Positions 39,330 to 51,347 of a stretch of 64,000 nt of DNA are shown in pieces. Location: the NCBI GenBank assembly GCA_951406725.2, contig OX597823.1:54684001-54748000 (forward strand), written 5' to 3'. The position numbers and the translations under genes were made by a program. Under the pieces are notes generated by a model. That model did not search any database, was not told the origin of the DNA, and saw nothing but the letters and a program-made list of their open reading frames with translations. Position 1 is the stretch's first letter, and each line of letters opens with the position of its first letter. Source of the stretch: Octopus vulgaris. Its lineage: Eukaryota.

Positions 39330-40034
39330 TAGGAGAAAAGAGAGAGAGAGAGAGACCCACAAAAAAGATGAAGAAAATTTATTTTCTTTTAGGAAATGTC
39401 TTGTAATGAACATGTTAGGTACTGAACCAAACACACCAATATAAAGTATACAGAATCAACACAATTGTAGCATATTGGATGTATGGAATCAAAACAATGT
39501 TGACAAACTGAAAGAAAAACTCAGATGAAGAATGTATAGATAATGACACAGAAGTAGAATTTCAATACAATTTATAGAATTTATAATAATAATTGGTTCT
39601 TTTCAACAAATACACATCTTTGGCTCATGTGTCTCATAAAAGTACTATCATTCTTTGTACAAACATACACAGACCCTCCTTCACACATACATATATACTT
39701 ACATATATATGTATATAGAGAGAAAGATATAGATATAGATAAAGATACGGCTCATCTTCTTTTCATTATAGATATATTTGCATATATATTCAATTATTCA
39801 GGTATTTTGGTTTCAATATGAAGTATGCTTCACTTCATGTGGTGGAGTAAAAGATGATATCGGAGTTTGTAACAAAAGACTTAAAGAGATGTAAATTTTC
39901 AGTTCCTTGCATTTTGAATCCTTTGTTTCACTTGTGGCCCAATAGTTCATAAATTAGCACTTTCATACAGTAGTGTGTTGAACTTTAATGCATACAAAAA
40001 TTTCTGAATTTTCAGTTTCTTTAATTGATAATTA

Positions 40035-40035
40035 A

Positions 40036-40101
<66 letters not shown>

Positions 40102-40119
40102 TATTATTATTACTATTAC

Positions 40120-40189
<70 letters not shown>

Positions 40190-40190
40190 T
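40035..40190. repeat. (ATT)n microsatellite
   Basis: Direct reading. Confidence 0.95.
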
Positions 40191-41817
40191 AAGGTGGTGG
40201 TCTGGCTGAATCGTTAGCATGCCAGGTAAAATGCTTAGCGGCATTTTCTCTGTCTGCATGATCTGAGTTCAAATTCCATTGAGGTCAACTTTGTCTTTCA
40301 TCTTTTGGGGTCGATAAATTAAGTACCAGTGAAAAACTGGGGTCTATGTAATCGACTTAACTTCTCCCCTCAAATTTCAGCCTTTAGTAGAAAGGATTAT
40401 CATCATTATTATTTAAGGCAGTGAGCTGGCAGAATCATTTGCACTCGAGAAAAAATTCCTAGCAACATTTTTTTCTGACCATATGTTCTGAGTTCAAATG
40501 CCACTGGGTTAGACATTTCCTTTTATCCTTTTGAGCTTCATAAAATAAGTACCAGCTAAGTACTGGGGTCAATGTAATCAATCATCCCCCTCTCCCAAAT
40601 TTCAGGCCTTGTGCATTATTGTGTAGACGATCAGACAGACAACATCATGTAGTATTGACTGCTCAATTAACTCCACATGACTTCATACATCATCCAAGAC
40701 TTCCTTCAGTTATTCTTTTGAGGGTACACAAAAAATGCCCTTCCCTTCCTTCATATGGCAGAATTATGACACTTTTCTCCTTGCCCACACTCAGATAAAT
40801 TCATTGCCAAGGAGATGCAGTTTTTTGCAACACACCACCGTCACATTTTTCTAGACTGGATTTTTGTCCATGCCCAAAATTTGTCTATGGCAAAAAATCA
40901 CTGCAATGCTGCTTCCAATTATAAAATTCTTGCTTGGCATAATATGTGGTTGTTTGTGTGTGCTGTTGGGGTTGCTTTTATTGCTAAGTGAGTCACTGAC
41001 ACTATTCTGAATACCATTATCGATAGAAAAATCATTATTTTTTTTATACTTTTAAATTTTATGTTCTACTGGAAAGCATTCTTGTTCATATTTTTTTTCT
41101 TGTTTACTGTCTGCAGACACATGCTAACTACTGTTTAAGATTATAGGGACATACTTGCTAAAAGCAATTTTCTCAATTTAGAAATGAAGAAAATATTTGC
41201 TTATCAAAAGTAAAGTTTTTTTCGCCTCCAAACAGTTAAGTTGGAGCAAAGACATATATGTTTTTGTCGTGTAGTAAAACAGAAAAAAGTGGCACTCTAT
41301 TGATTACAACAAGGGTTCCAGTTGATCCAATCAATGGGACAACCAGCTGGTGAAATTAACATGCATGTGGCTGAGTACTCCACAGACATGTGTACTTTTA
41401 ACATACTTCTCAGGAAGATTCAGCATGACATAAAGTCTGACAAAGCTGGCCCTCTGAAATATAGATACCATTCATTTTCACCAGCTGAGTTGAGTGGAGC
41501 AATTTGAAATAAAGAGTCTTGTTCAAGAACACAACATGTTGCCAGGAACTGAACTCACAACCTTGTGATTGTGAGACCACTAAACTACACACTTTTGTGT
41601 TGTATAGTAGTTCCACATAAAAATGAATCCTTTTCATTTAAATCCCACTTGGTATTTCCAACTGATGCTAGTCATTTACATCGATCACCAGTAGTTGACT
41701 GGTATTTATTTTATCGACCCCAGAAGGATGAAAGGCAATGTTCACCTCAGCAGAATTCGAACTCATGACACAAATACAGATGAAATTCCACTATGTTCTG
41801 CTATCTCACTGCCTTAA

Positions 41818-42033
41818 CCCTTTCGTTACTAACCCGGGTGAAACCGCCTCTGGCTCTGTAGTACAAATGTCTTGTTTTCATAAGTTTTGAATTAAAATCT
41901 TCCACCAAACCTTAGTCACAATTTATGTTCCTAACACTAGCTTAATGATAACTAAGTCATTTTACTAAATTCTTTGTTATATTTAAAATAATTAAAAGAA
42001 ACACAGAGCATCTCAAAATAAATACAGTAATGA

Positions 42034-42034
<1 letters not shown>
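41818..42034. mobile_element. piggyBac-type MITE (right end interrupted by (AAT)n)
   Basis: TTAA|CCCTTTCGTTAC start. Near-identical to 55239-55455. Confidence 0.75.
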
Positions 42035-42087
<53 letters not shown>

Positions 42088-42476
42088 TGTCATTTCAAAT
42101 TTTGGCACAAGGCCAGCAATATTGGGGGAGGGTATAAGTCTATTATATCAACCCCAGTGCTTGACTGGTACTTATTTTGTTGACCCTGAAAGGATGAAAG
42201 GCAAATCTGGCCTTTGCTGAATTTGAACTCAGAATGTAATGATGGACTAAATGCTGCTAAGCATTTTGCCAAGCATGCTAACACTTCTGCCATCTTGCCA
42301 CCTTCTTAATAATAACAATATTGATAATCCTTTCTGCTGGTGATGCAAAGCCTGAAATTTTGCAGGGAGAAGATAAGTTGATTACATCAACCGTAGTGCT
42401 CAGCTGGTACTTATTTTATTGAACCCAAAAAGATGAAAGGTAAAGTTGACCTTAGTGGAATTTGAACTCAGAATAT

Positions 42477-42703
42477 TCTTTACTCTTTTACTCTTTTACT
42501 TGTTTCAGTCATTTGACTGTGGCCATGCTGGAGCACCACCTTTAGTCGAACAAATCAACCCCAGGGCTTATTCTTTGTAAGCCTAGTACTTATTCTATCG
42601 GTCTCATTCACCGAACTGCTAAGTTACGGAGACATAAACACACCAGCATCGGTTGTCAAGCGATGTTGTGGGGACAAACAGAGACACTCAAACATATACA
42701 CAC

Positions 42704-42741
<38 letters not shown>

Positions 42742-42910
42742 CATATATATGACGACGGGCTTCTTTCAGTTTCCATCTACCAAATCCACTCACAAGGCTT
42801 TGATTGGCCTGAAGCTATAGTAGAAGACACTTACCCAAGGTGCCACCCAGTGGGACTGAACCCAGAACCATGAGGTTGGTATGCAAGTTACTTACCACAC
42901 AGCCACTCCT
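42477..42910 (-). mobile_element. family A SINE
   Basis: Full-length match to the 29179-29587 copy. Confidence 0.88.
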
Positions 42911-42975
42911 GTAAAGATGGACAAAATACTGTCCAGCATGCTTAATATTCTGCCAACTCACTGTCTTAATAGTTA

Positions 42976-43036
<61 letters not shown>

Positions 43037-43552
43037 TAATAATTTTAATAATTATAATTTTCTTATTAACCATAATTGCTCAGGGGTTGGACAAACAAAG
43101 TTTCATGTGAGGGGCAGGATGAAGATGTTTTACAATAGATGGGTTAAAAATTTAAATAGGAAATACATTTAAAAATAACAAAAGAATAATCAAAACAAAA
43201 CATAAATTAAATTTAAAAAGAAATTTTAATAATTTAGGATTACCCATCCTCAGACAGATGAAAACTCACAGGTTGGTTTGAACCAGTTGTACCCTACAAT
43301 TCTACCCCTCCATGATTCTCTGTACTGTATTCTGCTGTACCAAAAGGTACTTGTTGGCACTCTTTTGATGTATGTGGGTTAGGGATGACTGAATGTGTTT
43401 GGGCTTTCTTTCTGCCCTGTACTCACAAATTCTTTGTTGTACATTGTACTAACACTGTCATTTGCATGACTCAGAAATTCATGAGATGTTCTGATACATG
43501 TATCTACTTCCTCTTTGCTTCTACTGTAACTACTGTTACTACTGTAAACCTC

Positions 43553-43939
43553 TTGTGGAGGCGCAATGGCCCAGTGGTTAGGGCAGCGGACTCACGGTCG
43601 TAGGATCGCGGTTTCGATTCCCAGACCGGGCGTTGTGAGTGTTTATTGAGCGAAAACACCTAAAGCTCCACGAGGCTCCGGCAGGGGATGGTGGTGATCC
43701 CTGCTGCACTCTTTCACCACAACTTTCTCTCACTCTTACTTCCTGTTTCTGTTGTACCTGTATTTCAAAGGGCCGGCCTTGTCACTCTCTTGTGTCTCGC
43801 TGAATATCCCCGAGAACTACGTTAAGGGTACACGTGTCTGTGGAGTGCTCAGCCACTTACACGTTAATTTCACGAGCAGGCTGTTCCGTTGATTGGATCA
43901 ACTGGAACCCTCGTCGTCGTATCCGACGGAGTGCTTCCC
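43553..43939 (+). mobile_element. young tRNA-derived SINE (family C) with 12-bp TSD
   Basis: A box TGGCCCAGTGG, B box GTTTCGATTCC, CpG-rich. TSD actgtaaacctc at 43541-43552 and 43940-43951. Confidence 0.9.
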
Positions 43940-44517
43940 ACTGTAAACCTCATGGTGTTTTCCTCCTTATACTTGTCATTGTGTTTTGCCAGGGATTTCA
44001 TCTTTTTTTCTTTGTGGTAATCATTCATTTTTTCTTGTATTTTCTGAGATGGTTTGTTCATTTTGGTTGTTCTGCATCATCTTCAGTTCATCACAAGGCA
44101 ATGGAGGTGTGCTGTTGTTTACTACAGTTGAAGACCAAGGTCCATCATCTTCAGAACAGTGATCTATGATATTCTAGAGATTGGGGTCTCCTGCTGGTTT
44201 TTGGTTGCTTCTGTTTCTCTTCCCTATACATCTTTCTTTTTATATTTTATAGCTAAGAACAAAGGACTTTCAGGTGTCTCACACTTTTGCAAGTGTAGCA
44301 ACTATGTCTTTTGCAGAGCACTACAAGTCTTTTACTCTTCGTTTCTGCGCTAACAACAGGGCAAAGTTCTGCTATGATCCTGTATTTTTTTCGCTCGGGA
44401 TTTGTAAGTCTATTCTTATCCCAACCAACCAAATATTGTCCTTTGTGACAACTAGAGTAACTACCTATCCACACTTCGGTACAAAGATTACAAACCAAAG
44501 ATTAATATCACAATGCC

Positions 44518-44826
44518 CTTGACTGTTACTCTTGACTGTTACTCTTGACTGTTACTCTTGACTGTTACACTTGACTGTTACACTTGACTGTTACTCTTGA
44601 CTGTTACACTTGACTGTTACACTTGACTGTTACTCTTGACTGTTACTCTTGACTGTTACACTTGACTGTTACTCTTGACTGTTACACTTGACTGTTACAC
44701 TTGACTGTTACTTTTGACTATTACTCTTGACAGTTACACTTGACTGTTATTCTTGACTGTTACTCTGACTGTTACTCTTGACTGTTACACTTGACTGTTA
44801 CTCTTGACTGTTACACTTGACTGTTC
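44518..44826. repeat. 13-bp minisatellite CTTGACTGTTACW, about 24 units
   Basis: Counted by hand; one unit is 12 bp. Confidence 0.95.
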
Positions 44827-45634
44827 CCTTGTACTTCTCTGTCGCAAATATTGGGATACAAAAATAGGGATGGATGTATGTCTTACTATTTCAGCCAGAT
44901 TTTGGGCTGTGGTTCTTGAAATAATAAAAAAAAAATGATAATGCTAAATGATCTATATAGTCTGCCCTCTTCAAAGAAAATGATTTCTAGCCACACATTT
45001 CAGCTGTTCTTTTCTGGAGATTTGAAAACTTCCTTCAGTTTTAGGTGATACAATGATTTTTTTTTATTTGTTCCTGTACCTTATCACCAAACAGGAGATG
45101 CCATTTTGCAAAACATTTTATTTTAATGGAAAATCTTCATGTTTTGGTATTCTGCATTATTTAAAATACTAATGAAGATGCTGTTACTATGGGAAAAAGG
45201 TGGAAATGTTTTCTTTTGTCCAGAAGTGCATGTATGTGTTAGTGTTAACAACTTTTCTACCAGAGATTTTGAAAATGGATGCTAAAATATTAGTGCTTTC
45301 TTTTCCTTTATGGTTAACATTGAAATTTTGTTGTTCAATTGAAATACTGTATTTTTTATATTGTTATTTATTTTCTGTTTCAGAAATGTGTTATTTTATC
45401 TTTTATATTTTACTTGTTTCAGTTATTAGACTGTGGCCATGCTGGGGCACTGCCTTAAAGGATTTTTATTGAACAAATAAAACCTAGCACTTATTTTTTT
45501 TCATCCTGGTACATATTCTATCAGTCTCTTTTGCTGAAGTGCTAAGTTATGGAGACATAAATGCACCAATGCTGGTTGTCAAGGAATGGTGAGGGGACAA
45601 ACACAGACACAATGACACACATACATGTATAAAT

Positions 45635-45761
<127 letters not shown>

Positions 45762-46761
45762 GGCCTTCTTTTAGTTCTGTCTACCAAATCCACTCACAAA
45801 GTTTTGGTTGGCCCAAGGCTGTAGTAAAAGATACTTGTCCAAGGTACCACACAGTGGGACTGAACCTGGAACTGTGTGGTTGGGAAACAAACTTCTTACC
45901 ACACAGCCATACCTGCACCTATGTGGTTAATTTTCTGTTTACTTTTGGGGAATGTGGCTTGGAATATTTATAGCTCTATTTTATGGGGTAGGGAACAGGA
46001 AGAAAAGATAAATTTGACCTAAAAATAAAAATACAAATCGTATTTTCTCTTTTGACAACTTCTGTAGAGAGAGACTCAAAATTTTAAGTAATTATCTGTA
46101 TATGAGTAGTTTTGGTAAAAAAAAAAAAAACACAAAAAATACTTTATTTCATTGATTAAATCCTTTGTGTCAGAGAGTGCAATTCACACAGACAACCATG
46201 CCCACTCACCATCAAGGAAACACTGGTGATTTCATAACTGCAGAGTGTGTCAGTGTGTCATTAGCCTAGCATGCCCAGTTCTCCATGCAGAAGATAATGA
46301 CAGCAAATGACCAGCGGGAAACATCCCCTCCTCAGAAAATGGAAGTGCAAACGTTACATTCCAGTTTGCCCTGAAATGGGGCAACACAAGAGTCAGCTGG
46401 TAGTAGATGGTGGATGTGATGTAAGAATTCACCACCTCCTCCACCTCTACCTGATGTCCCAAGGACAGTTTTCTCTTGGCCTATGTCTTATTTCTTTACT
46501 GCCCACAAGGGGCTACACACAGAAGGGACAAACAAGGACAGACAGACAGATTGAGTCGATTACATCGACCCCAGTGCATAACTGGTACTTATTTAATCGA
46601 CCCCAAAATGATGAAAGGCAAAGTCGACCTCGGCGGAATTTGAACTCAGAACATAGCGACAGACGAAATACTGCTAAGCATTTCGCCCAGCATGCTAACG
46701 TTTCTGCCAGCTCGCCGCCTTATTTCTGGGGCAGAGTAATTATCTGGTAGTCACTTCTTAC

Positions 46762-46789
46762 CTGTTCTTCTCCACCTTGAGATCTGGAC
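46762..46789 (-). CDS. possible 28-nt microexon (SRSQGGEEQ)
   Basis: ttgtggtttgattag|GTCC...AACAG|gtaaga. Phase 2-to-0 fits between the candidate exons at 54785 and 9247, but the acceptor is weak and the neighbourhood is repeat-like. Confidence 0.2.
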
Positions 46790-47002
46790 CTAATCAAACC
46801 ACAAGCAATTTAGCCAGTTTGTCTGTCTGTCTGTCTGTCCAGTGCCCCTTGATACTGTGGGACATCAGACTTGCCTCTCTAGGAGCTGAGCTGCTGGTCT
46901 AATGTCTTCTTGTTAATTTTTACTCCTATCACTACTTAATATTTCCATAGGGCAGTGCTGATTACACCACACTATTATGGTAATGTCATTGACATTAGGC
47001 AT

Positions 47003-47405
47003 AGGAGTGGCTGTGTGGTAAGTAGCTTGCTTACAAATCACATGGTTCCAGGTTCAGTCCCACTGCATGGCACCTTGGGCAAGTGTCTTCTATTATAGCC
47101 TCGGGCCGACCAAAGCCTTGTGAGTGGATTTGGTAGACAGAAACTGAAAGAAGCCTGTCATATATAAATATATATGTATGTATGTGTGTGTATATCTTTG
47201 TGTGTCTGTGTTTTTCCCCCCAACATCGCTTGACAACCAATGCTGGTGTGTTTACATTCCCGTAACTTAGCGGTTTAGCAAAAGAAACTGATAGAATAAG
47301 CACTAGGCTTACAAAGAAAAGTCCTGGCGTCAATTTGCTCGACTAAAGGTGGTGCTCCAGCATGGCTACAGTCACATGACTGAAACAAGTAAAAGAGTAA
47401 AGAGT
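47003..47405 (+). mobile_element. family A SINE
   Basis: Full-length match to the 29179-29587 copy. Confidence 0.88.
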
Positions 47406-47449
47406 ATATATAAACACTGATCTTTTGCATCCTAATTCTAGTGAGATGA

Positions 47450-47830
47450 CCCTTGAAACCTTCATCTTCTGCAGTACTACCCCTAGAGTCAGTACTTACA
47501 GAGGGGAGAGAGGGAAATTCATTGATGAATCAAAATGAATGGTTCTGACAGGTGGTTGTTTGCTCTCACCACTTAGATGTTACTGTACAATTACAGCAAT
47601 CTAGCTTCTGAAGATAGGAATGAAACCAGCAGCCTCCATGACAACCATCAAATATTGATAGCCAACTCTATCGAAAGCTTTCAATTAATATAAATTGATC
47701 AGAGCTTATCTAGCTCTTCTATGATGAACCACATGAGGTGGAGGTCGTCATGGATTGACCTGTCTGGGATGGCACATATTTGTGCTTCACAATGACAAAT
47801 CAAGGACCAATACTTGTACCAGTACCTCTG
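47450..47830 (-). pseudogene. L1/Tx1-clade reverse transcriptase fragment
   Basis: QICAIPDRSIHDDLHLM; ALINLY*LKAFDRVGYQYLMVVMEAAGF; NNHLSEPF...PLSPL. Confidence 0.8.
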
Positions 47831-50182
47831 GCTTTGTATTATTGTGGTCCGTTTTCTGTGAGGAGGCATGTTACACACCATCTACATAATTCCATATGCT
47901 CTTTACTCAATTGGTGAATTGCATACTTTAGCTAAGGTTTTCTCTGTCTCCTTTTTGCAAGGGTATATTAAAGAGCTCCTCACTATTTTGAAAAACGAAT
48001 GTAAATTATCTCTCTCTACTCTTTCTCCTGAATGAATTCATCAGGTAAGGAGGCACTATCTTTTGTGACATACCTTGTACATACCTTCTCTTTTTCATTG
48101 AGCTGATTATATCAAGGAGATTTTTAAGAACCACAATGTTTGTAAAAGATGAGTTGTTGTTGTTGGTGGTGATGTTTTTGTCTTTTGTCATTTAAATTTT
48201 GCTTGAGAAATTGCAACTGTAGTTATTATTACTAGATCTCTTTATTTAGTTATCATATTTCTATTTACCCTTTGTTTAAATCTGTTTTAACCTTTTCAAA
48301 AATTTGAATGTTGTATTTGTCACTACCACCATTTTGGTATGCTGTATTTGTTACTACCACCGTTTTAGCTAGCACCTCCTCCCAGTACTCCCAAGGCAAT
48401 AACATTGAACTGTTAATAAAGTCAAAATGGTTGTTTGTAAAAATATATGTATACAATAAAAATGTTTGGGGACAAACCTTCTTTCCAAATCCACGCTAAT
48501 CAGAGGGGTAGAGCTTCAAATATCCATTAACCCTTTGTTGATAAAAAAAAAAAATCCTTCTCACTCCAAGAAACTATTTTCCTCAAGTAGTCCTGGAAGA
48601 AGATATCTTTTAAGCAGAGTTCGGTGAAACATGACTGTTTAACAACAATTACCCAATATTTCCAGGTCAAAGTTTAGTGTTGATTTATTGTTTAGCTCTA
48701 GACCTGTGCTGATCAAATATAGACTCTCCTGTCAATGACAGATGACAGTTCTGCAATTTCTTGCTGAACAACCTGTACCGATGATTTGTTTATAGCAATC
48801 ACATGTTTGTGTTGCACATAAGCTCACTTGCTCCATCAAATCGACATTCACTGTACAGGTGCATGGTGTACTACATGTCAGATGTCAAAGTGATCGTAGA
48901 ACAACACAAAATGAAGTGTTTTGCTGGACCTTTGAATGACAGATACAATCCATCTAGTGGGCTTCTACATAATTTGCATCTAACCAATTTTAATTATGTG
49001 GCTTGAGTCTGTTCAAATGTACAATAAAAAAAACTTGCCCAAATTCCACAGGTTGGAATTGAACTCAGTACCTAATGATTACAAAGCAAACTTCTAAACT
49101 CTTCAGCCATACTTGCATACACATACTAACATTAGGAATAAATATTAATTAGCACAGAAGGTGGCAAGCAGGCAGAATTGTTATCATTCTGGGCAAGATG
49201 CTTAGCAGCATTTCGTCTGTCTTTATGTTCTGAGTTCAAATTCTGCCAAGGTCGACTTTACCTATCATGCTTTCGGGGTTGATAAAATAAGTTCCAGTTG
49301 AGCACAAGTAGATTTAATTGATTTAGCCCCTCCCTCAAAATTCCTGGCCTTGTGTCAAAATTTAAAACCAAAGTTAATTAGCACATCCAACCTAACTTGG
49401 ATGTGTTATTTAGAATGCCATAGACTGCAGTGAACATCCCAAAAAATCATTTTGTGTATGCAACAAATTTTAAGAAGCATCGAAATTCTGTCCTTTGATG
49501 TGCTAATTAATATTCGTTACAAAGACTTCTTCTGTTGCTAACAGCTAATTAGGTACTAAGTATCTTTTGACCAAAACACTCAACACTCAAAAGCTCAACC
49601 CACTAAACTGGAAATAGGCACTACAAGATGTGACGGTTCTCTACTGTAATTAGTGATAGTAATATACATATAGTTGGTGTGTGTTTTACTTCATAACAAG
49701 TTCAACTTTGGAAAATCATGGACCTTACTTGGCTGAGTTGCATTAGATACACTATATGACAGTGTACTCATTTGACTCAGTGGTAATAGAAGTCATCATC
49801 ATCATCATCATCATCATATCTATAACCATGTCTCCTGCTCTTTTATTTTTTTACTGGTTTTAGTCAATGGACTGTGGCCATGCTGGGGTACAATATTGAT
49901 TGGTATTTATATATTTATGCATTTATATTTAAACATAGGAAGAATGTAAAACAAAAAAACAATCTAGGTGAAATTTGAAATCAGAATGTAGTCAAATATG
50001 ACAAGGAAATTTGGTCTGACACTCTACCAGTTGTGCAATCCATCATTCATATCCTTGTTATAATGAGTCTTATGTAAGTCTGTCTATATATGTAACTATC
50101 ACAGTGTCAGTCTTTCCATCATGTTTTCCGGAAGAAACTTAGGCTGGCTCTACTCCAATCAACTCTCTGAAGTATATGTATA

Positions 50183-50230
<48 letters not shown>

Positions 50231-50697
50231 GTTTTCTGACTGTCAAAAGTATTGTCTGCTCTACATTCTTTCACACTACCTTGCAATATTTTCCTGCCAC
50301 GTGAGCTCAATGTAGGTTGGCTGGTTTCGTTGTTCAGCAAGGGAACTTCTACATAGTGTCATTCCAAATGCACAAAAAATATCGGATGTTTATGACTGAA
50401 AAACCTTTCATCATAGATCCATTCAACCAAGGCTGATCTGGGCTATCAACCAAGTTTACTTTGATCCAACACAAAGGAGGTTTCTACAGTCATTTGATTA
50501 GCTAGAAGTAGCCACCAAATTTCTGCAGATCACACTCTATTCTATTTCATTTTTGGATTTGGTTTGCAAGATTCTTTATATGAGTTCGTGTGTTGAAGCA
50601 TATTCTGTTGTGTCTGGGGAGAGTCATTTTCTTTTTGTGCCTTATAATGTAACACACTCACCGGTAAAATTTCCCCTTATTTCTTATTTTTATTTTC

Positions 50698-50734
50698 CTA
50701 AAATTTTCATTGCGTCTTGCAACCTTTTCAATAG
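50698..50734 (-). ncRNA. hammerhead-like fold, U3-A8 family (inverted copy)
   Basis: CUA-UUGAAAA-G-GUUGC(AAGAC)GCAAU-GAAAA-UUU-UAG. Confidence 0.55.
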
Positions 50735-50749
50735 TTTTGAGAGTTAAAA

Positions 50750-50786
50750 CTATTGAAAAGGTTGCAAGACGCAACGAAAATTTTAG
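50750..50786 (+). ncRNA. hammerhead-like fold with U3-A8 core (UUGAAAA)
   Basis: CUA-UUGAAAA-G-GUUGC(AAGAC)GCAAC-GAAAA-UUU-UAG. Perfect 5-bp helix II, palindromic AAAAUUUU, only 3-bp helix I. Confidence 0.58.
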
Positions 50787-51040
50787 GAAAAAAAAAAAAA
50801 AGAAAAAAAGAGGAAATTTTACTGTTATATTATAAGACACAAAAAGAAAATGACTCTCCCCAGACACAACAGAACACTCTATTCTCTTAAATAAGAAATG
50901 TCACATTGGGCAATGTCCTATGTAAACAAAAAGGCAGTGTACCATCATCAGTTTAATGTCTACTTTTCCATGCTTGTATGGGTCAGACAGAGTTTATTGA
51001 GGCAGATTGTGAAAGCTCATCACACACACACACACACACA

Positions 51041-51080
<40 letters not shown>

Positions 51081-51109
51081 TCTGTATATACAATAGGCTT
51101 CTTTCAGTT

Positions 51110-51347
51110 ACTTATTTCTTTATTGCCCACTAGGGGCTAACCATAGAGGGGACAAACAAGGACAGACAAAGGGATTAAGTTGATTATATTGACCCCAGTG
51201 CATAACTGGTACTTAATTTATCGACCTTGGAAGGATGAAAGGCAAAGTCGACTTCCGTAGTATTTGAACTCAGAATGTAACGGCAGATGAAATACCGCTA
51301 AGCATTTCGCCCAGTGTGCTAACATTCCTGCCAGCTTGCTGCCTTCA
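51110..51347 (-). mobile_element. SINE family B with 18-bp TSD
   Basis: aataggcttctttcagtt at 51092-51109 and 51348-51365. Confidence 0.82.

Larger units (their letters stand above)
50544..50874. mobile_element. head-to-head inverted PLE pseudo-LTR-type insert with TSD-like flanks
   Basis: Arms at about 50603-50738 and 50746-50874. cactctattct repeated at 50533-50543 and 50875-50885. Confidence 0.72.

Noticed and set aside
40620-40960. Possible DNA-transposon coding remnant
   Set aside because: Could not recover a diagnostic motif in any frame.
43555-43630. Functional tRNA gene
   Set aside because: Head of a TSD-flanked SINE, with no proper acceptor stem or oligo-T terminator.
44518-44826. 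CRISPR-like array
   Set aside because: Contiguous 13-mers without unique spacers, in a eukaryotic context.
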